Below are positions 1-11,822 of a DNA stretch of 64,000 bases, one piece after another. The position numbers were made by a program, and so were the translations under genes. The notes under the pieces were generated by a model. It saw nothing but the letters and a program-made list of their open reading frames with translations. It was not told where the DNA came from and searched no databases. How positions within the stretch are numbered: the stretch's first letter is position 1; each line of letters starts with the position of its first letter. Source of the stretch: the human T2T-CHM13v2.0 reference genome, Homo sapiens; the NCBI RefSeq assembly GCF_009914755.1, contig NC_060925.1; one strand, written 5' to 3'.

Positions 1-245
<245 letters not shown>

Positions 246-501
246 TTAAAACACTTTGCAAACTAAGGTACTGGCCATCCTCGAAAGGGTTCTTAGCTTC
301 ACTTTCCTACCAGGGGACTCTCAGAGATGGCCAAAGGCCTTGTGGAGGCCAATTCTTTCCCTTCCCTCCCAGCTACAGGCATCCTAAGTCTTCCCCTACT
401 TGGGACTACAGGAAGGATGGTACCGAGACAGAGAGTATGTGACTCAGAGCTTACACAGTTCAAGGGGCAAGACAGGAGCCAGACAGAACAAGTTTTGTCT
501 G

Positions 502-507
502 TTTATT
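502..507 (-). terminator. NECTIN4: NECTIN4 polyadenylation signal AATAAA
   Basis: tttatt on + strand, about 1.65 kb after the stop codon, in AU-rich context. Confidence 0.75.
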
Positions 508-1217
508 TAAAAACAGAATATCATTTTATGTACAAATATGCACATATTTACATAAAATGTACATGTTAGGATCTTAGATCTTCAGGCTCCACATTCGAAG
601 TCCTAGGCTGGCTGGGGAACGAAGGATGGGAGCCTCTCCCTTAGGCCAGAAATCCAGCAGATTTCAGACTAAGAAGAGTTTGGGTACTAAATCTAGGTAT
701 TCTGGCTGAGTGTATCTGGGTGGGCCAGCTAAAAATAAACCTCATTGAACTCCAGCCCCAACCCAGAGAAACATCCAGAAGAGCCTTGAATTAGTGATCC
801 AAAACCCAGGGGGAAAGGCGACATTCTCACCCCCAGCACCTCCTTCACCTCACCTCAACTCCTACTCTCTCGGTCTATAATCACTGCTCTCTCTCTCCCC
901 AACACCACTATTGAACAGGAGCCCTTGTCACCAGGTCCAAGCAATTCCCTAAGGTATCACAAACAATGGTGGATGCAATTTTACCTTACTCAGTAACCAC
1001 GAGGCTCACATCCCTAATTTCAGACTCTACCAGCTCTCAGGTGCCCTCCCAAGGGGCTGCCTGCATGAAGATGCCTTGGAAGTAGCCCCTTTCACAATCA
1101 CAGGAATTAACCCCCTGGTGTTGGAGGGGCCTCACTTTAAGCAATCCCAGTAGTAAACATTGGATAAATCTAAAGGCTTTCTTTAATTTTTTTTTTCTCT
1201 TCGTAAAGGATTCAAAG

Positions 1218-1400
1218 CAGGCACAGTGGTGTACACTTAAAGTCCCAGCTACTAGGGAGGCTGAGGCAGGAGGATTGCTTGAGCCCAGGAGTTCAAGGCC
1301 AGCCTGAGCAACATAGTGAGACTCCATCTCTAAAAAAAAATAAAAATAAAAATAAATAAAAAATACAACTAATGGAAAGGGCAAGAAAAAAAAAAGAAAA
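1218..1400 (+). mobile_element. Alu monomer (FLAM/FRAM-like) in NECTIN4 3'UTR
   Basis: gtcccagctactagggaggctgaggcaggaggattgcttgagcccaggagttcaag followed by an A-rich tail. Confidence 0.8.
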
Positions 1401-1489
1401 AAATTAAAAGTGATTCGGAGCAGTATTCCTGCAAGAAGCTCCCGGCGCATGTATATTTACAGAAAATATGTACATGCAGCAGGCCCAGA

Positions 1490-1507
1490 GGCCACCAGAG
1501 GGCAGAG
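1490..1507 (+). promoter_or_regulatory. CTCF motif (forward)
   Basis: GGCCACCAGAGGGCAGAG matches the CTCF core CCASYAGRKGGCRS. Confidence 0.55.
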
Positions 1508-2151
1508 GGCTTCTGTAACAGTTCAAGCCTCTGGCTGACCCAGGGACTGGCTGCTTCACACTTGCCCCCATGGCTCCGAAGTGGTAGGAGACAGGTTCCC
1601 TCACACCGGAGGCAGATTCCAGCTCCAGCTATGCCCGCACACCTGGGTCTGAGCCACAGTCTCCACCTCTCTCCTCCAACCTCTGCATCATTAATACTGC
1701 TCTGGGGTCTGAGAAAATACCTGCTTTTTCAGGCAGAGGTCACACACAGCCACATGACACACACGCCAAACCCTGACAGTGTTGCCCACGCAACCACTCA
1801 AATCCCGTGGCACATACACCACAGTTCACTTGACTCTGATATGACAGCATAATACACACCACGGACACAGTCACCCCTCCACGGACAGTCACCCCTCCAC
1901 ACACACACAGTCAGTCAACACTCACACAGGCACACATGCACACACACAGTGACCTGCATGCATGGTGGGAGAGACTCAATTGGTGGAGCCCTCCCGATGA
2001 ACAGAAGGGTTGGAGGTAAAGGTCAAGCAGTCAGTGGGATGGGGAGCATCTTCCGCAAGAAATGGGGGTGTTTAAGGAGGCCCCCAAGATGAGCTAAAAT
2101 CTCCCATGTCAACAGAAGGAGCCAGGCCTAGGGAAGGGAGGCAGGCCTGGG

Positions 2152-2376
2152 TCAGACCAGGTGTCCCCGCCCATTGATGTAGATGCCATTGCCCGTGGGC
2201 TTGGCCCGTAGGGTCCCATTCTCCTGAACAAAATGGTTCATGGCCTGTTTGATGCCTTCATCCTGATCTTCCTCCTCCTCGGCCCGCCCAGAGCCTGGAG
2301 ACAGCAGTTCAGTCTGTGTTTCTATCTCCCTCACCGTGGTCAGCGTGGAGTAACTGCGGCCCTCGGGCTCTTCACT
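2152..2376 (-). CDS. NECTIN4: Nectin-4 exon 9 (cytoplasmic tail ending in PDZ-binding GHLV, stop TGA)
   Basis: [12 protein letters not shown]...[11 protein letters not shown]; acceptor CAG at 2377-2379; nine exons sum to 1533 nt = 510 aa. Confidence 0.97.
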
Positions 2377-2702
2377 CTGGAGACCAAGGGCAAAGGGCAA
2401 GTCAGGAACAAAGGCAGGGCAGCTGCACATGGTGGGGCATGGCTGGGTCATGGTGGGATCAGAGGCCAGGCGTAAGCAGGGGTAACGGTTGCCTCAGAAG
2501 CATAGGGGCCCAGAGATCGGGGACCAGGAACAAGTGTTAGGCATGGGGAGAGGGAGACGGGAGAACAAAGACGTAGCTGGGCTGCATGAGCCAGGGCTAA
2601 GGAAAGAGGGACTGGTAAGGGGGCTGCTGACGCACCATATCTGGGACCAGGACAGGGGCCCGAGGAGAGTGGTGGGGACACCGGTGGGGCCGGGGGCCTC
2701 AC

Positions 2703-2777
2703 CATCACAGAGCAGCTACTGTTGTCCTTGAGACTATCAGGGTGGCCCTCGGCTCTCAGCCCTACACTCTCCTCCGG
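2703..2777 (-). CDS. NECTIN4: Nectin-4 exon 8 (75 nt)
   Basis: [25 protein letters not shown]; cag/gtgag flanks. Confidence 0.95.
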
Positions 2778-3197
2778 CTGCAGGGCCCAGACACGGGGCA
2801 GTTAGAACAGGGCTCAGCCTCCTCCCCTCAGCCTCTTCCCCTCTTGTCCTCCACCAGCCTCCTCCCTACTTGCCTGTCCCCCAACCCAACAGGTCCATTC
2901 TCTCCTGGAAACAAACATCCTCATTTCCCCACTGCGACCACAAACCCACCCTGGAAGCAGAACTGATGGTGGCTTCCCAGAAAAGGCCCTAGGCCAATGC
3001 TGAAGGGGGCCTTCTGGAGCAGCCCTAGCAGACCCAAAGCAGCTACACCCTCTCAACTCTACCCCGGCCAACCCCAGCTGTGAGTCAGTGGCTGACCCAG
3101 CAGAGAGCTGTGCTCCTGGTCTGCAGAGGGGCCCAGGCACAAGCAGACCCCAATGCGACCACACCCCTGCATGCATACACCCAACCTTGGCACACAC

Positions 3198-3273
3198 CTG
3201 GCTCCTGGGGTCCGTGTGATGGGAATGCAGCCTCCGGATGGAGTTCTCCCTGGTCAGGGTCAGCTCCTCCTCA
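3198..3273 (-). CDS. NECTIN4: Nectin-4 exon 7 (76 nt)
   Basis: [26 protein letters not shown]; cag/gtgtg flanks. Confidence 0.95.
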
Positions 3274-3694
3274 CTGGGAAAGACACACCCTTGTCAGGAG
3301 CTGAGGGTAGTGGCAGCCTCCCAAGGTGAGCCTATCCTGGCTGAGCCTAGTGAGACAGGCCCGGAGGGTGTGGGTGCCGTGCTGGCCCTGCAAGTGTGAG
3401 TGTGTGGCTGCAGGTGGCAGTGAGGCTGAAGAGCATGTGTGTGCTGTGTGCGTGTGCATACTTGGCAACATCCAGGCACATGGATCTGAGCCTCACTAAG
3501 GTGGAAGGATTGAGTGCTCCATCTGTGCTCCAGACCCTTAGCTCCTCCTCAGCCCTAGAAACACCCTGCCCACCTCTAGTCTGAAACTCCTCAGTTTTCA
3601 GCCTACCCAGTCTCCTCGGTCCTGGCCCACCTCCTGCTATCCTCTTCTTTGTTCTCAGCTTAGTTCTACCCACCCAGGAGTGCCCAGTACTCAC

Positions 3695-3851
3695 TATTTC
3701 TGGGTCATCTGCTGGGCCTTGCGCCGATGGTATCGGGACATGAGCACCACCACCACCACCAGAAGGCAGAACAAGAGTGCGGCGATCACACCCACCACCA
3801 CCACCGAGGCTGACACTAGGTCCACCTGCTTCCCAGAGTCTTCCTGGGGGT
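3695..3851 (-). CDS. NECTIN4: Nectin-4 exon 6 (transmembrane helix)
   Basis: [52 protein letters not shown]; AG/GT flanks. Confidence 0.96.
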
Positions 3852-4088
3852 CTGCTGGAGACAGGCCACTGTCTGAGGTGGAAGCCTGCAGCCACAACCC
3901 ACCCCAGACCTCACAGCTCCCCCGCAAAACATCTAAAACCACACCTCAGTTTGATTCTCTGCAAGACACACAGCCCAGCCCCCTCTGAATAAACACTTTC
4001 CCAATTCACTGTCTCTGTCTTGCTTCCTGCTGCCCCCACCAAGCCCTTGGCCCAGGTCCTTACCAAGGACTTCTGCTCCAGTGCTTAC

Positions 4089-4237
4089 CAAGAACATCCA
4101 CAGTGACCTGAGAATCCCTTGAGGAGAACTCATTGCTGACATGGCAGACGTAGATGCCGCTGTGCTCAGTGGTCAGTGGGGGAAAGCCCAAAGTGTCCCC
4201 ATCCACTCGTACCCCACTGGGCAGAGGCCCATCCAGA
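4089..4237 (-). CDS. NECTIN4: Nectin-4 exon 5 (second C2-type Ig domain, 3' half)
   Basis: [49 protein letters not shown]; 149 nt. Confidence 0.96.
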
Positions 4238-4947
4238 CTGGAAGACAGGGAAGCTGAAGGGTGCCAGCCGGGAAGGGCTGAAGCCACCACCACCCAACGT
4301 GTCCAGACAGCTCTCCACCCTCCACCCCCATGACGTCACCCAGAGCCGCAGGCTGTTCCCACGGTGCCCCTCCCTCCACCAGGCAGGTCTAGGCAGAGGT
4401 CCTTTCTCCCTGCTGCCCAGCCTGACCTGGGCACCCCCCACACACACCCGGGGAAGATCCACACGTGTGCCATCCCACATGCTTCCACAGGCATCACGTC
4501 ATCCAACACTGGGTACCAGGTACACATGTTATAAAGTCCACACAACAGGACACTCCACTCCTAGCTGGGTGTAGAGGTAATTGGAAAATGTGACTGCCTG
4601 CTCCAACACCCGTGATGTTGCATGGCAGGATACACAAACATAGCCCCAGGCACAAGGCCACATGCATCGCTCATATGCTCACATGTGAGAACATGCCCAT
4701 GATGTGCTCACACACATGTGTACCCAACCTCTCCCTGACTCTCTAGATATTTCAGATCTTGGAAAAAGGCCAAGGATGCCTTGAGGGAACTGGAGGTAGT
4801 GGGTGTTTTTGAGGTACTAGCAATATTGTGGTGGTTATAGGAGTGTTGGCTTAACAACAATTAGAAAAAGACACAGCTGTCTTGTCCATTTTATGCACTC
4901 ACATAAATATATAAAATATTAATATCGAAATATTGTGTTATATTTCA

Positions 4948-5578
<631 letters not shown>

Positions 5579-5832
5579 CAAAAAATTTAAGGGCTTATCC
5601 ATTTATTCCCTACTAATGACCATGTATCTTAGATTCCCTGGGCAAGCCAATAATATTTGGTGACCATACATATTCTTGTATGATGAGTATAATAATACAA
5701 GAGATCTGAACACATACCCCAATTTATTTGGGGGCTCAGAATATGTTGTCCCATTCCATAGTGGTATATCCTGGCCCTGAGAGGGGAGGAACCTAGTCTC
5801 AAGTTAGGCCTTCCTCAGGCTCGGGCCCTTAC

Positions 5833-5953
5833 CGTGTCCAGTTGTATGAGGGAGGGGGCTGCCCTTCACTCAGGCACTTGAGCATAGCTCCTTCTCTGCC
5901 AATGTGCCACAGATTTTGGTCTTCAAGGCCCCTCACAGAGGCCTCAGCAAGGA
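5833..5953 (-). CDS. NECTIN4: Nectin-4 exon 4 (second C2-type Ig domain, 5' half)
   Basis: [41 protein letters not shown]; 121 nt; cag/gtaag. Confidence 0.96.
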
Positions 5954-6419
5954 CTGGAATGGGAAGTGGGAGGAGAAAGAATGGGAATGATGCCTTTGAT
6001 CATGTGGTACCTCAAAGGGCCCTGCCCCCACCCCACCCTGCCTGAAACACCCTCCCCTTGCCCTTCTCCATCCTACTCATCTGCTGCCAAACCTAGCTCA
6101 GCCCCACCCTGCTGACAGCTCCTGGCCACACTGTTCCCTCCCCTCTCTAAGCTCAGAGAGTCTGTATTGGTTTACCTGTACAATGAGACCATAAGTCCCT
6201 CAAGGTAGTGATCCATCACACATTTTCTGGATGTCCTGTGTTGCCTAGCATAGTGCTAGTCATAGAACAGGTGCTGAATAAATGTTGCCTGATTTTTCAA
6301 AGGTGTAACAATCCTACTAGTTCATTCATTTCTTCAACAAACATTTGTTGAGGACCTGCTTTGAGCCAAATGCTGACAGTCTTATCCCCTCCAGAGGCTT
6401 GAAATCTAGCACTGGGAAA

Positions 6420-6640
6420 ACAATATCTACCATTTACCAAGCGCCTTCCATGCGCTAAGCACTGTGTGAGTTGCTCTGCATTCATAGTTTCTAATTCCCA
6501 TCAAAACCCTCTAAAGTTGGTATGAGTTATATATAATTATACCCATTTTGCTGATGAAGAAAATGAAGCCTAACAAGAATGAATAACAGCTGGTAAGTAG
6601 AACTAGGGCTTGTCTAAGTTTATCTATTTCCAAATCCTAA
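6420..6640. mobile_element. MIR fragment
   Basis: degenerate MIR core (cccattttgctgatgaagaaaatgaagc). Confidence 0.55.
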
Positions 6641-6930
6641 ACTAATATTTTAGAAAGTGCTTTCAATTCCATGTTTCTAATTGATTCTCCCAACAACCCT
6701 GTGAAACAAGGCAATCTCCTTTGTAAAGATAAGGACACAGAAGCTCAGAGAGGTCTATCCTCTGGGATCGGGCTCCAGGTCTTCCACATTTGGACTAGTG
6801 CTCTGTCACATACTATATATAGCCTCCAGGACCCAGGCTGGCCAGCCTGGCATGGCTCAGGGACCTGTGGCATCTCACCAATCTGCTGAGAACCCCTTGG
6901 GCCTCCCCACCCAAGCATCCAAGTACTTAC

Positions 6931-7221
6931 AGGACACGTGGAGGATGTGGGTGATCCTTTGGTCCTGGAGCAGGCCAGGATGGGACACCACACAAGTCAG
7001 TGGCTGCCCATTCATGCTGCGGCTAGGCACCAAGTGGAACTCTGAGGTGACGGCAGCAGAGCGGGAGTGCTTGAAGGAACGGCTGGACGTTGTGCCTTTG
7101 ACCTCCGTGTCCCAGGTCACGCTGGGGGCTGGGCTGCCCTCAGCTGTGCAGGAGGCTGCCAGGGTCAGGCCCTGGCCCTCTTCTAGTGCTGGACCAGGAT
7201 TCAGTGAGGGCAGGGGAGGCA
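6931..7221 (-). CDS. NECTIN4: Nectin-4 exon 3 (first C2-type Ig domain)
   Basis: [25 protein letters not shown]...[21 protein letters not shown]; 291 nt. Confidence 0.97.
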
Positions 7222-7489
7222 CTGCAAATGGGGAAAGGCAGGGGTCACAGGTCTACACAATCCCTGTCAGGAGGCCCCCACTCATCGCATTTCAGTCTTG
7301 CACAAGTACAAACTTTCAGGCCCCCTTTCCTTCTCTTATTTCATGGAGACGCAGATGAATGGTAGAAATTCAGGTGACTTTGTATCCTTCTCTACTGTGC
7401 GAATTTTTTACAATGAACGTAGGTTATTTTAAAAAATAAAATAATGAAGTAATTAAAAAACTAACCAGATATCATCTACCTAATAATAA

Positions 7490-7720
7490 TAACCACCATC
7501 TAGTAAGCATTTACTATGTGTCAACTATTATGCTAAATACCTTATAAATGTTATCTCAAATTCTGTCAACAAACAGTGAGTTAGGTATTATTATCTCTAT
7601 TTTCCAGATGAGGAAACCAAAGCACAAGGAAGTTAAGTGACTATCCCAAGTCATCAGCTATTAGGTGACAAAGCCTAGATTTACACTTGGGTTTTTATTT
7701 TTACTCCAAGGCTGATGTTA
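7490..7720. mobile_element. MIR fragment
   Basis: ttattatctctattttccagatgaggaaaccaaagcaca MIR core. Confidence 0.6.
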
Positions 7721-7752
7721 TTAACTTATATGTGAATAAAGGGAAACTATAA

Positions 7753-8087
<335 letters not shown>

Positions 8088-8207
8088 AAAACCTTTATTT
8101 TTACCTTCAAAATATTAACACAGAATGGAAAAGACTTAACTTGACCGTAAGTCCAGAGTTCACCACAAGTGCCCACAATATAAAGTGATGGTTTAAAAAG
8201 TGATTGT

Positions 8208-8600
<393 letters not shown>

Positions 8601-9041
8601 TCACATTCAGGACCCACATTGTAAAAAATACCATGGAGCACAGGATGGTGAGAGAGGCTTTGAAATTGTCTTTGGTGGAACTGTGTCAGGAACCAGTAAG
8701 TTTAGCTTGGAGAAGAGTAGATTTGGGTGGGGCACGACAAAGGGCCTCTGCTTTTGGAAAGGTTGTTGTGCAGAAAAGAGAATAAGCCAGTGCCATATTG
8801 CCACAGGGCAAAAGTAACAGAGGGAGTTTCATGTCGTCGGAAGGAAGAACTTCCTAATAAATGGATTCTTCCCCAGCTTTTGGGGTTACTTGGAGAGAAT
8901 TTCTGGATTGGGTGCGAGGATAGCTAGCTGGATGAAGCTCCCTCACCTGAACATGACCCCACTTTTTATTCCTGTTCTACCTCTGCCCCATCCATCTCTG
9001 CAGTCCCCATCTCTGCTTCCCCCTGCATCCACAGCGGCTCA

Positions 9042-9488
<447 letters not shown>

Positions 9489-11525
9489 TCATAATGATAA
9501 TGACAGCAAAGGTGACCGGAACTCCTGGAGCATTTGGGCTTGCAAAGCACATTCAGTTCATTACCTTATTAAATCTACAAAACGCCTTCCCAAGAGGTAG
9601 GCGTTATTATCACCGTTTAACAGATGAGGAAACTGAGACCCAGAGAGAGGAAGTGGCTTGCCTAAGGCCACACAGACGATTTATGGAAGGCTCACACCCT
9701 CTTGCAGCCTAGGATTGTATCCTGAGCAGTTGCAAGGTGGGAGGCTGTAACAGAACAGGAGACCCAGCCTCTGCCCTCAGGGAGCTCACAGTCATCAGGG
9801 AAAATAGAATTTATGCACAAAGAAACAGGGAAAGCCATGAACAAACTTTCAGAAGAGGTTCAACCCACCAACCGGGAAAAAGTGGATAGTTTCAGAAAGT
9901 GTGGCCGGGAGCCACGGCAAGAATCCAAAACTGTTGGTGTCTGGAATGGGGCACATAGGGTAGGAAGGGTCTATTCAGTAGGCCCTTTGGAACATTCTTT
10001 TCATGGCTTGAAGATGAGAGACCTGGATTCCTATAGCGCAGGAAATGTTCCATGTGGGAGGAAAGGCATGAACCAAGGCTCAGAGGCAGGAATGAGCAAG
10101 CCACTAAAGACAGAAAGGGCCCAGGTCAGAGGCCCAGAGAGATGAGATCAGGGCAGACACACAACAACCGGGTCAGAATTGTAAGCTGGAATCGGAGGAC
10201 AAGGGACAAAGGGCTAGTACAAAGGGCTAGTATTTAGCATATTAATGAAGCCCTCAGGGATTCTGGAATCAGAGCTATCCATCATGTCACCTTATCTGCA
10301 AATAAGGATCCACTCCCTGCTCTCATGGGACTTGAGTTCTGCTCAGGAGCAAGAGATACATATGGAGACACATATGGAAACATGTGATGATGGTTTCTGA
10401 TTTAGTGCTCAGGGGTGTGTTACAGGCCAACTGTGGGATGGGGCAATCACTATGGGACTGAATCATTTGGGAGGGCCCCATGCATGAGTTGGGTAGGATT
10501 AGGAGGGAGAGAGGCCTAGAAAGGCATTCTAAATCAGGGACCACGGTGAGCAAACACCAAGGAGATGGAGAAGGTGGCTTGTTTAGGAAGCAAAGAGGAG
10601 AGGACCCAGCCTAAGACAGGGTGTGTGTGTTGAGCAGGAGTGGAAAATATGGTTGGGACAGGGTGGGGCCAAATCACCGGGGAACTTCCATACCAGCAAA
10701 GGAATTCATACTTGGTCAAGAGGAAATGGGGAGTCACTAAAGGTTCCTTAGCCAGGGAGTGCCATGAGCAAGTGGTGAGGGGCAGTCACTGAAGGCTGCA
10801 GCTGCAGCCTGGGTGCAGTAGTGCTAGGGTGGAGAGGAGGGGACAGTTCTGGGGGGAGATTTGACAGGGATTTGGTCACTGACCAGAAAGAGAGATGAAG
10901 GAGAGGAAAGACTCAAAGGCAGCTCCTAAATTTCTAGGATGAGTAACTTATGAGGGAGACAGGGCCTGAGGATGTTCATTTTTGGGAAGAAATAAATTTG
11001 GAGTCATGGAATCAAAAGTGAAATATGGGGATTGGGGCCTGGGGGCAGAGCAAAGGAACATGCTGGGATGGCAGGAGCTCCTTGCCTTGGAACGCGTGCC
11101 CCAGCAACCCCCAACAGTGTGTTGTCCCTGCCTCTGCCCAGCAAGCCACACACCTTGTTGTTCCTCACCTCTGCTCACACCGTACCCGCTGCCTGGAATG
11201 CCCTCCTCCCTATGTCTGGTAGCACCTACTCATCATTTAAGACTCTGCTTAGACATCATTTCCAGCAGGAGTCCTCCCTCCTCCCACCCCCACCCCAGGC
11301 AGCATTAGGTGCCCTTCCTCTGTGCTCCCCAGCACCCTGCTTTCATTCCCATCACAGCACTTTATCCCTATTTTCTGGGCCTCACATCACCATTGGAACC
11401 ATTGTTTCTGATTTAGTGCTCAGTGGTATGTGGGTTCCGTCAACATTTATTGACCAAGTGAATGAATGAACAGGTGAATTAATAAATGAGAGAGACAGAA
11501 GGAAAGTGTAGAATGAGGAGGAACA

Positions 11526-11822
11526 GGCTGGGCACAGTGGCTCACACCCTAATCCCAGCACTTTGGGAAGCTGAGGCAGGCAGATCACCTGAGGTCAGGA
11601 GTTTGAGACCAGCCTGGCCAAAATGGTGAAACCCTGTCTCTACTAAAAATAAAAAAATTAGATGGGCGTGGTGGCGGGCGCCTGTAGTCCCAGCTACTCG
11701 GGAGGCTGAGGTAGGAGAACTGGTGAACCCAGGAGGTGGAGGTTGCAGTGAGCTAAGATCATGCCACTGACCTCCAGCTTGGGCAACAAAGCAAGACACC
11801 ATCCCCCCGCCACCAAAAAAAA
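11526..11822 (+). mobile_element. Alu (AluS-like)
   Basis: full Alu with flanking aatgaggaggaaca duplication. Confidence 0.9.

Noticed and set aside
1037-1450. 137-aa ATG-initiated ORF in the NECTIN4 3'UTR with a hydrophobic N-terminus
   Set aside because: The Phe-rich segment is a reverse Alu A-tail and the middle ([17 protein letters not shown]) is Alu translation; no evidence of coding constraint
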